Positions 17,386 to 28,159 of a stretch of DNA of 64,000 bases are shown piece after piece. The DNA is taken from positions 129,190 through 193,189 of the IMG/VR virus record IMGVR_UViG_3300042566_001780; one strand, written 5' to 3'. The stretch is from a virus. A program made the position numbers and the translations under genes. Positions within the stretch are counted from its first letter, which is position 1; every line of letters begins with the position of its first letter. The notes beneath the pieces were generated by a model. That model did no database searches and was not told the DNA's origin. It worked only from the letters and a program-made list of their open reading frames with translations.

Positions 17386-18852
17386 ATGGCCCAATTAGTT
17401 TCAACTGGTCAAATAACAATCGTTGATACCAACGATGCGCGCACCATAACAGCAGTTTTAGTTGCAAATGGAGCAACACAACAGATCTATACAAAAGATG
17501 AATCGACGGTAACATATGTGCCAAGTTGGTTTACGACCAACTTGGTGATTACACCGCAGATTGCTATTGGCGGTATGACATCTGCGCAAACTTGGGCTGC
17601 ACTTAGTAATAAAACTTTTGCTTTAACAGCAGGCGGTGCAGCTTTAACGACAGCCTCTACATCTGCTTCATTCGTCAATAACAGCGATGTGGTAGTGAAC
17701 ACGCCATTTGTCGTTACTCATGCAGCAGCAGGATCTTCCACACCGTCAACTATAGCTATAGCAGCAAACCTTAAAGATTCAGTGGCTGCATTTACGTTAT
17801 TTTTTGATGCTGATTTTGTTGATCCAACCACACTTTTAGTAACGCATATCACATGTCAGATTACTCTCACCACGGTGAAGACTGGCACTAATGCTGTTTT
17901 TATTACGTTGCGCGGACAAACTAGTATCGAAGAAGCTACGGGATCTGTTAAAAACAATATTGCAATTGCCGCAGATTTAGTTCGCTCTAGCGGAATTGAT
18001 ACCACTAATTTAACTTATAAGTGGTATGAAGACGGAGGTGGTGTTCAGATCACGACATCACTTGCTAGTTATGCTACTAAATATGGGTTGAAAACATCCA
18101 GTGCCGGCACTGTACCAACAGCAACCGGCACTGACCTTGGTGTAAACATTCCAGGAGTTGGTACTGGAAATGCTTTTAACACATTAGTAATCAATGAAAC
18201 TGCTGTTGCAGATATTGAAATATATAAGGTTGAAATTACTGATGGTGATTCAAAAACATATGTAGCATATTTCACAATCTATGATTTAAGCGATCCTTAT
18301 GAAGTCCGAGTTTTATCGTCAACTGGAGATAAGTTGCAAAATGGTCAGGGGAGCACAGTTTTAACACCTGAAGTATTTTACGGTGCCACAAAAGTCTCGT
18401 CATTGACAGATTGGTCATTTACGTGGTTCTTCTATGATAGGAATGGTAAACGGGGTGCTTTTGTTGACACGGCAAAAATTAGCACTGCTGGCGGAGCTAA
18501 TATTTCAGCAAACACTACAGGTAATAGCGCCACTTTTACATATGGTGGTACTAGCTACGCCTTTACCGCTGGTATGATTATTAAGGCAGTGAAGCCAAAT
18601 GGAGAAGCATTTTTCTATGAAGTTGCAAGTAGCACCACAAATAGCGTAACTATTAGAGCACCGTCGATTAACACATGGTTGACATTTGTTGATTATCCTG
18701 CCCCGTCATCTACTACTGATTTTGTTAATGGAAAACTATTTGGATGTACTACAGGTGGCACCAGAACCACTATCAACAACAATAGCATTACATTGACTGG
18801 TGATGAAGTTGACAGTAAAGCTAGAATCTTAGTTGAAGCTTATCGTCCATAA
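17386..18852 (+). CDS. tail-fibre-like protein sharing N-terminal module with the giant fibre
   Basis: N-terminus MAQLVSTGQITIVDTNDAR vs MPTLVSSGDITISDVNDGL of the 18904 ORF. Confidence 0.55.
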   Translation: MAQLVSTGQITIVDTNDARTITAVLVANGATQQIYTKDESTVTYVPSWFTTNLVITPQIAIGGMTSAQTWAALSNKTFALTAGGAALTTASTSASFVNNSDVVVNTPFVVTHAAAGSSTPSTIAIAANLKDSVAAFTLFFDADFVDPTTLLVTHITCQITLTTVKTGTNAVFITLRGQTSIEEATGSVKNNIAIAADLVRSSGIDTTNLTYKWYEDGGGVQITTSLASYATKYGLKTSSAGTVPTATGTDLGVNIPGVGTGNAFNTLVINETAVADIEIYKVEITDGDSKTYVAYFTIYDLSDPYEVRVLSSTGDKLQNGQGSTVLTPEVFYGATKVSSLTDWSFTWFFYDRNGKRGAFVDTAKISTAGGANISANTTGNSATFTYGGTSYAFTAGMIIKAVKPNGEAFFYEVASSTTNSVTIRAPSINTWLTFVDYPAPSSTTDFVNGKLFGCTTGGTRTTINNNSITLTGDEVDSKARILVEAYRP

Positions 18853-18903
18853 TAATAGATAACAAACTGCTGCAACTTTCATATTCGATAAAAATCTAAA
18901 AAT

Positions 18904-21900
18904 ATGCCAACATTAGTAAGTTCTGGTGACATCACTATTAGCGATGTCAATGATGGTCTTAATGCAAGACTATCTAATGAGTCACACGTTATTCCAACAG
19001 ATGCAGATGGGTTAAATGGAGATTTCTCTGGTTGCTCTACTACTATATCTGTGTTTGTTGGTCCCATAGATGATTCTGCAAACTGGACTATTACAGCTTT
19101 GGCATCTCCAGGTTTAACTGGTACATTAGCTGGCAGGACGTATACGGTAACTGCATTGAGCGGAGATATTGGGTATGTTGATCTAACTGCTTCTAAAACT
19201 GGTTTCCCATCTATTACGTCTAGATTTTCTGTTTCTAAAGCAGTTGCTGGCACCAATGGTCAAGATGCATCTCAAATTGCTGTAGTTGCAACCCAATGGG
19301 ATTATCGTGACGATGATGCAGCTTGGGGCATCAGAATTAACGGTACACTGCAAACAGGCGCTGCACGTGGTCATAAACTTGTAGTATTGAACCCAGCTAC
19401 TAATACAGTATCGATAAATCAAAACTACGATACTTATGGATCTGTATCTAATACAGATAGTTTGGCTGCTGCAATTTCTGCGGTTGCGGACGGACTAGTG
19501 GTCATTCTTACCACATATGATGCTACTCAATGTAATCAAAATTTGAGAAATGCTTTAAGATTATGCGGAAGTGAATCAACTGAAACCTGGGCAACACAAC
19601 GTAAATCTCACGCTTTCATTGGCCAAAAAGGTCTTCCTATTGGTGCTGCATATGAAAAGACTGGATTTGGCACCACCTCTGCTGGTACTTCAAGAGTAGC
19701 TGCATATTTTACCACTAGTGGCGTTGTGCGAAATGGATCTACTGCATTTAATGCAGTTTCAGCAATTCTTTCTAATGAAGCACATGTGTTTACTGCATCA
19801 ACTGCCGGTGTGGTTGCTTCATATGTTGGATCTGGCACTGAGCTACGGGTGTATGATGGTACTGTTTTATTGACATATGATGGTTCTGGTACTTTACCAG
19901 GTACTTGGAAGTTTACAAATGTTGCTTCAAACATCACAATTGGGGCGATATCTGATAGCGGCGCATTTGCCACTATTGGCGATCATTCAGGTGTTGCTGA
20001 TGGTGTTGACACATCTAGCATTACATACACTATTACTGGTAAATCGTTAATTAATTCCGATTTCACTTTAGTGAAGGTACAGACCTTTAGTAAAGCTAAA
20101 CGTGGAATAGAAGGCGATAATGCTATATCCGTAACGCTATCAAATGAAACTCACGTTTTTCCAGCTACTTACACAAATATAGTTTCTAATTATAGGAATT
20201 CTGGAACTGAAATCCAAGTTCTTGAAGGAGCAACTGAATTAGCATATGATGCGGCCGGGTTAACTCCCGGCACATGGAAAGTTGATACCTCATCAAGTAA
20301 CATAGTTGCCGGTCCTGTCAAAAAATTTATTTTGGGAGATGATTGGGTTTTTAATGATGGGATGGGCAGCAGTGGATGGGGGGTTAATACTGCAGTAACT
20401 TGTATTATTTGGGCAAATAATCAATTTATTGCTGGTGGCACAAATGGAAAAATTGCTACTAGTTCTGATGGAATTACCTGGTCGGTAAATGAAAATTTAT
20501 CAAAAACTGGGTGGGGAGATAGCGTAATTTTAGACATAATTTGGACTGGTGTTCAGTATGTTTTAGTAGGAGCCAATGCTACCTATTCTTCAGATCTTAG
20601 TATTTGGTATGCAAATGGATCAATAAATTCTACAGCTGTGGCTACTAGTTCTGATGGAATTAATTGGGAATATCAACCCGACTTAAATCTAAAAACAAAT
20701 AATGGCGCATTATGCATAGCTTGGAATGGATCAAAATATGTTGCTGGTGGTCAAGCTGGGTTAATAGCAACCAGTTTAGATGCTAAAACCTGGGAAATTA
20801 GCACAAATTTGTCGTCTACTGCGTGGGGCACAAATGTATCTGGTGATTCAGTTGATGTTCTTGATATAAATTGGAATGGATCGCAATTTTTAGCTGTAGG
20901 GGTTTTGGGGCGTGTGGCCACCAGTCCTGACGGTGTAACTTGGACATATCAGGCTGGGTTAACTAGTACAGCATGGGGGACCAGTTTAACTGGCGCGGTT
21001 AGATCAATTAATTGGAATGGGTCCCAGTATGTTATTGTTGGGCAAGGCGGGAGAGTGGCTACAAGTCCTAATGGTATCACGTGGACATATCAAAGTGGAT
21101 TAGCAAGTACTGCTTGGGGTGCAGGAGCAATATATTCTATAAATTGGAATGGATCTCAATATATTGTAGTTGGCGCATCTGGCAAAGTAGCTACAAGCCC
21201 AGATGGAATAACTTGGACATATCAGAGCGGGATAACGAGTGTATGGGGGTCGAGTTATGATGCCTTTACTGTTATTTGGAATGGATCCAAATATGTCGTT
21301 GGTGGCGTTAGTGGATCAGTGGCAACGAGCGCCGATGGTATTACTTGGGCAAATCAGGGTGGGCTAGCTGGAACTGATAAGTGGTTAGATTCACCAGTTA
21401 ATTCAGGAACATTATTATCTAGATATGCTATTATTGGTGGTGACGGAGCTAAATTAGCAGTTAGATTTAATGATGAATGGGAATTTCAAGATGCTTTTGC
21501 CATTAAATCTGCTATCGATCTAACAGTTTTAGATTTTAATGGTTCGCAATATATTGTTGGCGGGACAAATGCAACGCTAGCTATAAGCAGTGATGGAATA
21601 TATTGGACATACCAAGATGGACTGGCTAATGCGAGCTGGGGGACCAGTGCTACTTACGATATAAATTGGAATGGATTTCAATACATGGCTGTCGGAGCTG
21701 GAGGCCGAGTAGCAACAAGTCCAGATGGTATTACCTGGACATATCAAAGCAGTCTAGCTAGTACAACTTGGGCGACAGCTACGGCTTATTCGATTAGTTG
21801 GAATGGATCTCAATATGTTATAGTTGGTACTTTAGGCAGGGTCGCTACAAGTCCAGATGGCATAACTTGGACTTATCAGGGCGGCTTGGCTAGTACAACT

Positions 21901-24900
21901 TGGAGCACTGCTACGGCCCGCTGTATTGTTTGGAACGGGTCACAATATCTCGTTGTAGGACAATCTGGACGAGTAGCTACAAGCCCAGATGGCATAACTT
22001 GGACTTATCAGGGTGGACTTAGAGCTACTTCGTGGGGAACATTAGATACGGTGTTTGATGTCCATTGGAATGGATCACAGTATTTGGTTGTTGGAGATTC
22101 AGGTAAAGTTGCAACTAGTCCAGATGGAATAACTTGGACAAATCAAACAGGCTTATCGAGTACTACTTGGGGGACGGTCAATGAAATATATTCAATTGGT
22201 TGGGATGGATCTCAATATGTAGTTTGCGGCATGGATGGTGATATAGCTACTAGCTTTGATGGTATAACATGGAAATACCAAGCGGGGCTTTGGAATACAC
22301 CATGGGGAGCATTAGATTATGCTAATAGCATTATTTGGGATGGAACACAATTCTTAGTTGTCGGGGATAATAGAAAATTAGCTACCAGCGTAGATGGAGT
22401 AAACTGGAAATTTAAACCTAATTTATCTGGATGGAAAAATTCTGGGAATGTAAACCATCTTGCAAATATAGATAATACTGTTTATGCTCTTGGATCTGCT
22501 GGGAATATTGCATGTTCAAATAATCTTATAGATTGGACATTTTTAGCCCCGGTTGGTGCTGTTGACATAGGGGCCGTTTCGCTTACTGGTATTGCAAAAT
22601 CTGCAAATGACACATTATGTGCAATTGGGTCAAATAATCTAGTTATGGTGGGCAATGAGAATCAAAACTTATCATTACGCCTCGGTTATGCATCAATAAA
22701 CACACGCTTTTTTGCTAATACCGCAAATAAAATAAATTGGAATGGTACACAATACCTTGCTGTTGGTAATGATGCAAGCATAGCAACTAGCGTAGATGGC
22801 GTAACGTGGGTTAATCAAGTTGGCTTAATAAGCGCTGACTGGGGAATAAGTAATATAAATGATGTCCATTGGAATGGATCACAATATGTCGTTGTTGGCA
22901 ATTCTGGCAAAGTAGCTACGAGTCCAGATGGAATAACTTGGACAAATCAAACAGGCCTATCGAGTACTGCTTGGGGGATAGATGATATTTTTGCAGTGGC
23001 GTGGAATGGATCGCAATACATAGTTGGTAGCAATTATGGTGGTATTGCAACTAGCCCAGATGGAATAACTTGGACATATAGAAGTGGATTAGCAAGCACA
23101 ACGTGGGGAGCGGCTGCTGTGCGTGCAATTAACTGGAATGGATCGCAATATCTAGTGGCTGGTGCTTCTGGCAAAGTAGCTACAAGTCCAGATGGTATTA
23201 CATGGGCATATCAGGGGGGTTTAACCAGCACTACATGGGGGACAACTACGGCATATTTTGTTAACTGGAATGGATCACAGTATCTTATAGGCGGCGCAGC
23301 TGGGCGAATAGCAACTAGCCCAGATGGAATAACTTGGACATATAGAAGTGGATTAGCAAGCACAACGTGGGGGTCAGCATCGACAGCTATTGTTTATTCT
23401 ATTAATTGGAATGGATCGCAATATCTAGTGGCTGGTGGATCAGGTAAAGTTGCAACTAGCCCAGATGGAATAACTTGGACATATCAGAGCGGGTTGACTA
23501 GCACTGCGTGGAGTTCTAGCGCTGTTTTTTCAATTAGCTGGAATGGATCGCAATATCTAGTTGTTGGGGAATTGGGTAAAGTTGCAAGTAGCACAACTGG
23601 AGTATCTTGGGTGTATGGCCGCAGATTAACAAGTACTACATGGGGCGGGAGTGATATAAACGATATAGTTTGGAATGGATCTCAATATCTAGTTATTGGT
23701 GATTCAGGTAAAGTTGCAACTAGCACAACTGGAGTATCTTGGTCTTATCAACCATTATTGCAAGATACTTTATGGAGATCTACAAATATTAACGCAATTA
23801 ACTGGAATGGATCTCAATATCTTATATGCGGCGAGGGCGGTGCTATAGCAACCAGCCCAAATGGGGTAACTTGGACATATCAAAGTGGATTGACGAGCAC
23901 TGCATGGGGGACAACTGCCGTTTATGCAATTAACTGGAATGGATCGCAATATCTCATAGCTGGTGGATCAGGTAAAGTTGCAACTAGTCCAGATGGAATA
24001 ACTTGGACAAATCAAACAGGCCTATCGAGTACTGCTTGGGGGACAAATACTATATATTCTATTAGTTGGGGTGGATCTCAATATGTTATTGCTGGGAATT
24101 CTGGCGCTATAGCAACCAGCCCAAATGGGGTAACTTGGACATATCAAGGTGGTTTAGCCAGTACTGCTTGGGCGACTAGTGCAGTACGCAGCATTGTTTG
24201 GAATGGATCGCAATATCTAGTGGCTGGTGCTTCTGGCAAAGTAGCAACAAGCCCAAATGGAGTAACTTGGACATATCAAGGTGGTTTAGCCAGTACTGCT
24301 TGGGGTGCCGAAATAGTTTATTCAATAAGCTGGAATGGTTCACGTTATATAGTAGCAGGTGGTGATATTGGATCTACTGGTAAAGTAGCCACAAGTTCAA
24401 ATGGCGTAACATGGACATTTGCAGATATAAATAATGATTCTTCGTCTACGCCCATTTTAACAAAAAGTTATTACGATGGAACACGATTCATATTATGCAG
24501 CTCAGGCCAATTGTGGTTTAGCACGGTCGGGGATATTAGCTTTTTATATCCTACTTGGACTATTACCCAAGCATTGCCAGCCGGATCTGAATGGAATACA
24601 AATACCTATGCTTCATCAATAGCATGGGGCAATAATGTTTTTTGTGTTGTTGGCGAATACGGAAGAGTGGCTACGAGTGTTGATGGTAATATTTGGATAC
24701 ACCAGGAATTGCTTAATTCAATTGGCGGATGGAACTATTCAAACATTAATCAAGTAATTTTTGCAAATGGAGTATTTTGCATTATTGGGGATTATGGCAA
24801 TACAGCCATAAGCGCTGATGGCATCACCTGGCAAGTTAGCAATTCATTAGTTAGTACTGATTGGGGTAGAAATCCTATAACATCAATAGTTTGGGCTAAT

Positions 24901-25746
24901 GGAAAATTCCATATTTTTGGATATAATGGAAAGACCGCTTTTAGCTCGGACGGATTAACCTGGCAATTTAATAATAAAATTAGACTAACAGAATGGGGAA
25001 TTGATAAAGATATTTTCTGCTCTTTTGCAAATGATGAAATCATTTACGCTGGGGGGACTGATGGATACCTAGTTTTTAGCGATGATTTTGTTGGTATTGA
25101 AATGCATTCCGATTTCAATAATGGTGCAGATTCTGCCGTTATTGATTATCTAGTGACAGGATATTCCTCAAGAAACGAATATTTTAGTGTCAAAAAACAG
25201 CAAACTTTGAGTAAGGCTAAAACTGGAAATATTGCAACAGCCACATTTGGAGTAAACATTACTGGCCAAATAACACCAGCAAATGCAAGCACGTTTATTG
25301 CTAATACTGCAATAGGAACTGCGCAAATTGCTGATGCAAGCGTAGAGACATTAAAGATTGCCGGTAATGCAGTTACCGTTCCGGCTTCAGCGTATACTGC
25401 CGCTGCATTTACGCTGACTACAACATTTGCTGTTATTCAATCAGTTGTAGTTGATTTGCAGAGCGATATTCCGATACCAGTGATAATAACCTCATCATTT
25501 ACTTTAAGTGGCGCAACGGTATCTCAGTTTAGAATTCTTCGTGGAACCACTGTGTTGTTTACATCTGGTGAAATAGTGCAGGGGACTGATGGCATAAATA
25601 AACCAACATCACCTATTTCTATTGCTATTGGTGATACTGCTCCAATAGGAACGTCTACATATTACCTAGAAGCTAGATATGTAAGCGGGTTTACTGCTAG
25701 AACTGCCGCGACTAGAAATCTAACAATATTAGGTGTAAAGAAATGA
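18904..25746 (+). CDS. giant tail fibre / adhesin (2,280 aa) with >=30 Asp-box (BNR, S-x-D-G-x-T-W) ~42-aa repeats
   Basis: Repeats of ...VATSPDGITWTYQSGLASTAWG..INWNGSQY.VAG.SGK... across residues ~480-1800; uninterrupted 6.8-kb ORF. Confidence 0.8.
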   Translation: MPTLVSSGDITISDVNDGLNARLSNESHVIPTDADGLNGDFSGCSTTISVFVGPIDDSANWTITALASPGLTGTLAGRTYTVTALSGDIGYVDLTASKTGFPSITSRFSVSKAVAGTNGQDASQIAVVATQWDYRDDDAAWGIRINGTLQTGAARGHKLVVLNPATNTVSINQNYDTYGSVSNTDSLAAAISAVADGLVVILTTYDATQCNQNLRNALRLCGSESTETWATQRKSHAFIGQKGLPIGAAYEKTGFGTTSAGTSRVAAYFTTSGVVRNGSTAFNAVSAILSNEAHVFTASTAGVVASYVGSGTELRVYDGTVLLTYDGSGTLPGTWKFTNVASNITIGAISDSGAFATIGDHSGVADGVDTSSITYTITGKSLINSDFTLVKVQTFSKAKRGIEGDNAISVTLSNETHVFPATYTNIVSNYRNSGTEIQVLEGATELAYDAAGLTPGTWKVDTSSSNIVAGPVKKFILGDDWVFNDGMGSSGWGVNTAVTCIIWANNQFIAGGTNGKIATSSDGITWSVNENLSKTGWGDSVILDIIWTGVQYVLVGANATYSSDLSIWYANGSINSTAVATSSDGINWEYQPDLNLKTNNGALCIAWNGSKYVAGGQAGLIATSLDAKTWEISTNLSSTAWGTNVSGDSVDVLDINWNGSQFLAVGVLGRVATSPDGVTWTYQAGLTSTAWGTSLTGAVRSINWNGSQYVIVGQGGRVATSPNGITWTYQSGLASTAWGAGAIYSINWNGSQYIVVGASGKVATSPDGITWTYQSGITSVWGSSYDAFTVIWNGSKYVVGGVSGSVATSADGITWANQGGLAGTDKWLDSPVNSGTLLSRYAIIGGDGAKLAVRFNDEWEFQDAFAIKSAIDLTVLDFNGSQYIVGGTNATLAISSDGIYWTYQDGLANASWGTSATYDINWNGFQYMAVGAGGRVATSPDGITWTYQSSLASTTWATATAYSISWNGSQYVIVGTLGRVATSPDGITWTYQGGLASTTWSTATARCIVWNGSQYLVVGQSGRVATSPDGITWTYQGGLRATSWGTLDTVFDVHWNGSQYLVVGDSGKVATSPDGITWTNQTGLSSTTWGTVNEIYSIGWDGSQYVVCGMDGDIATSFDGITWKYQAGLWNTPWGALDYANSIIWDGTQFLVVGDNRKLATSVDGVNWKFKPNLSGWKNSGNVNHLANIDNTVYALGSAGNIACSNNLIDWTFLAPVGAVDIGAVSLTGIAKSANDTLCAIGSNNLVMVGNENQNLSLRLGYASINTRFFANTANKINWNGTQYLAVGNDASIATSVDGVTWVNQVGLISADWGISNINDVHWNGSQYVVVGNSGKVATSPDGITWTNQTGLSSTAWGIDDIFAVAWNGSQYIVGSNYGGIATSPDGITWTYRSGLASTTWGAAAVRAINWNGSQYLVAGASGKVATSPDGITWAYQGGLTSTTWGTTTAYFVNWNGSQYLIGGAAGRIATSPDGITWTYRSGLASTTWGSASTAIVYSINWNGSQYLVAGGSGKVATSPDGITWTYQSGLTSTAWSSSAVFSISWNGSQYLVVGELGKVASSTTGVSWVYGRRLTSTTWGGSDINDIVWNGSQYLVIGDSGKVATSTTGVSWSYQPLLQDTLWRSTNINAINWNGSQYLICGEGGAIATSPNGVTWTYQSGLTSTAWGTTAVYAINWNGSQYLIAGGSGKVATSPDGITWTNQTGLSSTAWGTNTIYSISWGGSQYVIAGNSGAIATSPNGVTWTYQGGLASTAWATSAVRSIVWNGSQYLVAGASGKVATSPNGVTWTYQGGLASTAWGAEIVYSISWNGSRYIVAGGDIGSTGKVATSSNGVTWTFADINNDSSSTPILTKSYYDGTRFILCSSGQLWFSTVGDISFLYPTWTITQALPAGSEWNTNTYASSIAWGNNVFCVVGEYGRVATSVDGNIWIHQELLNSIGGWNYSNINQVIFANGVFCIIGDYGNTAISADGITWQVSNSLVSTDWGRNPITSIVWANGKFHIFGYNGKTAFSSDGLTWQFNNKIRLTEWGIDKDIFCSFANDEIIYAGGTDGYLVFSDDFVGIEMHSDFNNGADSAVIDYLVTGYSSRNEYFSVKKQQTLSKAKTGNIATATFGVNITGQITPANASTFIANTAIGTAQIADASVETLKIAGNAVTVPASAYTAAAFTLTTTFAVIQSVVVDLQSDIPIPVIITSSFTLSGATVSQFRILRGTTVLFTSGEIVQGTDGINKPTSPISIAIGDTAPIGTSTYYLEARYVSGFTARTAATRNLTILGVKK

Positions 25747-26156
25747 AATTTACAATTTTCAATGTAACTACTGGAGAAATAGCTAAAAATGTCGATTGCT
25801 CAGAATCTACAATTTTATTGCAGTATGATCCCTTAGAATATTCGCATATACCAGGAGAATGGGATTATTTTTCCACATACATAGAAAATGGCATCCCAAT
25901 CCAAATGCCAGAGCGCCCAAGTGAATTTCACATCTTTGATTATTCTATTAAGGAATGGGTAGACCCAAGAACGCCAGATTCTGAATGGCTATTAGTTAGA
26001 CAAAAACGAAATCAATTGTTAGCTGAGTGTGATTGGACACAACTTCCAGATGTGCCGCTGCCAACCAAAGAGATATGGGCAATTTACCGTCAAGAATTAA
26101 GAGATATAACGCTTCAACCTGACCCATTTAATATTATTTGGCCTGAACAACCTTGA
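25743..26156 (+). CDS. hypothetical protein (137 aa), translationally coupled to fibre gene
   Basis: ATGA overlap with the end of the 18904 ORF. Confidence 0.5.
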   Translation: MKFTIFNVTTGEIAKNVDCSESTILLQYDPLEYSHIPGEWDYFSTYIENGIPIQMPERPSEFHIFDYSIKEWVDPRTPDSEWLLVRQKRNQLLAECDWTQLPDVPLPTKEIWAIYRQELRDITLQPDPFNIIWPEQP

Positions 26157-26203
26157 ATATGTTATAAAATAAATTTTCCATATAAATTCATAACATTATA
26201 AAT

Positions 26204-27457
26204 TTATAGAACACCAACTAAACTTGTCGGTGATTGGAAAATTCTAAAAGACTCTTCACTAGGAAGAGGAACGCGATATTTCAATTTCGCTTTCTTTAGC
26301 CAGTCATGCAGCTCTTTCCACGAACTTACCATAGGTATCTGGGTTTCCTTCCATAGGTCCTCTAGATACCCCTTAGATGGGAGTTCAGGATAAAACTTTT
26401 TGCTTTTCTGGATTACTACTTCATAGCCGCGCCTAGCAATTTCGCATGATGCGGCTATTGGATCTGGCAATGTTGGGTTTAGCACATTACCAATTGTTGA
26501 CGAATAGGCGGCATTTATTTCACACAGTTTGAAATATTTTGATAAGACGGCTTTTAGTGTAGCTTTCTTCCATTGATTTTTGCAAAGCCGATTTAAATTT
26601 TTGCCTTTACCAATAGAACCACTTTTAAAATTTAACTGCTCAATAAAAAGAGTTTTCACATGCATATGCTGTAACCAGCGAGAAATTGCATGTCCTATTT
26701 CTCTAGTTTCATGTTGGAGCTTATCAGCAGATGCCCGTTTGCCAGTTAAACTTTTCAAAGAAAATAATTTTGTTTCAACAATCTTATTTCCATCAAAAAT
26801 GGATATGCCGATGTAATTTGGGTTTAAGTCAATTCCAGCATACCTATTTGCTAAAGGTTTAGCGATAGGTTTTATGCTTTTCTTGACTTTAGAATCATCA
26901 AAAGACAAACAAATATGTTGCGAAGTGAGCGACACCGTAATTGGCAAACTCTTACTATTTGCCAGTGTAATTGCAAATTGCCATAGCTTACTCCAATTTT
27001 TCCTCATTTTTGGCAAAGAAATAAGGACCTGCTTACCTTGCCATGGCTTAAACAATACAGAATCTGCACCAAAACTAAATTTTCTATTGCCTTTAGCTGG
27101 AGACTCACCAATAAGATAAACCGGATTTAGGCGTAGCTCTTTCCATTCGTCATTTGAGATCAAACCTTTAGCACGTCTGACTAGATTTTTAACTCCGCCA
27201 AAAACTCTACTTGTTCTATCAGTCTCAGAGTCAGCTCTAAACATACCAATACCACACTTAACAGCAGATTGTTGAAACCATGAATCTAATTGATCTTTGA
27301 ACCTAGTTCTAATTTCTGCTCTAACTGAAATTTCTGCGCACCCATAAGACGCCTGCTTGTAAGCAGTGCGAATCATCGAAGACTGCGCTATTTGCAGTTC
27401 TTTAATGAACTTAGCATCCTCTTCAGATAATTGTATTGGAAATTTCAGAGTGATCAT
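26204..27457 (-). CDS. tnpB: TnpB (IS605/IS607 OrfB, RuvC-like RNA-guided nuclease family)
   Basis: GIDLNPNYIGISIF (RuvC-I D), TLFIEQLNF (RuvC-II E), CEINAAYSSTIGN (RuvC-III region with E in place of the usual D), sparse Cys in zinc-finger region. Confidence 0.75.
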   Translation of the reverse strand: MITLKFPIQLSEEDAKFIKELQIAQSSMIRTAYKQASYGCAEISVRAEIRTRFKDQLDSWFQQSAVKCGIGMFRADSETDRTSRVFGGVKNLVRRAKGLISNDEWKELRLNPVYLIGESPAKGNRKFSFGADSVLFKPWQGKQVLISLPKMRKNWSKLWQFAITLANSKSLPITVSLTSQHICLSFDDSKVKKSIKPIAKPLANRYAGIDLNPNYIGISIFDGNKIVETKLFSLKSLTGKRASADKLQHETREIGHAISRWLQHMHVKTLFIEQLNFKSGSIGKGKNLNRLCKNQWKKATLKAVLSKYFKLCEINAAYSSTIGNVLNPTLPDPIAASCEIARRGYEVVIQKSKKFYPELPSKGYLEDLWKETQIPMVSSWKELHDWLKKAKLKYRVPLPSEESFRIFQSPTSLVGVL

Positions 27458-27481
27458 GACGAAATTGTTTTGTATGCTTGA

Positions 27482-28075
27482 TTATCTATTTATATCTTTT
27501 GCCATTTCTTTAGCAAATTCTTTGAGCTCTTTTCTTCGATTGGAATAAATTTTCATTGAAAAGTGATGAATGATTGAAACTAAATCTTGAGTTAACTCAA
27601 TTTGGAAATCTTCCTCAACTGTTGCATTAATTGGTACAATCTTCACATCAAAATGCGCAAGGAAATTTTCAATATATCCATAACCAAATCTCGTCAATCT
27701 ATCCTTATATGTCACATAAATTGTATCAATCTCTTTTGCAATACATTTACTAATTAGTTTGTTAAAAGATTTTCTAGATTCATTCATGCCAGATGCAATA
27801 TCTTCAAACTCCTCGTCGATTATCACCCCGTTGGCACTGGCATATGATCTAAGTGTCTGTTTTTGCCTTATCAAATCATCTTTTTGCTTAGTTGTACTAA
27901 CTCTAGCATAAATGACTTTTTTCCTAGATTTAACTATTTCCTCTTCGAGGGGAAAATATAAAAATTTTCCAGATGGTAATTTTGAAAATTTAATGTGACC
28001 AGCCAATCTCCAGTTATGGAGAGTTTGACTACTAATCTTGTATTTTTCTTTAACCTGTTTAGCTGAAAGGTACAT
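27482..28075 (-). CDS. tnpA: IS607-type TnpA serine recombinase (N-terminal MerR-like HTH)
   Basis: N-terminal HTH; VIYARVSTTKQKDDLIRQ catalytic serine motif; 197 aa. Confidence 0.8.
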   Translation of the reverse strand: MYLSAKQVKEKYKISSQTLHNWRLAGHIKFSKLPSGKFLYFPLEEEIVKSRKKVIYARVSTTKQKDDLIRQKQTLRSYASANGVIIDEEFEDIASGMNESRKSFNKLISKCIAKEIDTIYVTYKDRLTRFGYGYIENFLAHFDVKIVPINATVEEDFQIELTQDLVSIIHHFSMKIYSNRRKELKEFAKEMAKDINR

Positions 28076-28159
28076 ATAAAATATTTTTATGAACTATCAT
28101 CTATTTATACGATTTTGGCGATAAATGTTATAATAGCTCTAAAAAATAGAGGAGCTATT

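Larger units (their letters stand above)
26160..28140 (-). mobile_element. IS607-family insertion sequence (tnpA serine recombinase + tnpB)
   Basis: Adjacent same-strand TnpA (MerR-HTH + serine-recombinase catalytic YARVSTTKQ) and TnpB/OrfB; boundaries approximate. Confidence 0.7.

Noticed and set aside
18904-25746. Fibre-gene DNA repeats as a CRISPR array or satellite
   Set aside because: Repeats are in-frame coding units of one long ORF (about 120-nt period with variable sequence), not short identical repeats separated by unique spacers.
27482-28075. Serine recombinase as a phage integrase / lysogeny module
   Set aside because: Small (197 aa) with an N-terminal MerR-type HTH and immediately followed by tnpB, the IS607 TnpA architecture. 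No attP-like context, repressor or large-serine-recombinase C-terminal domain.
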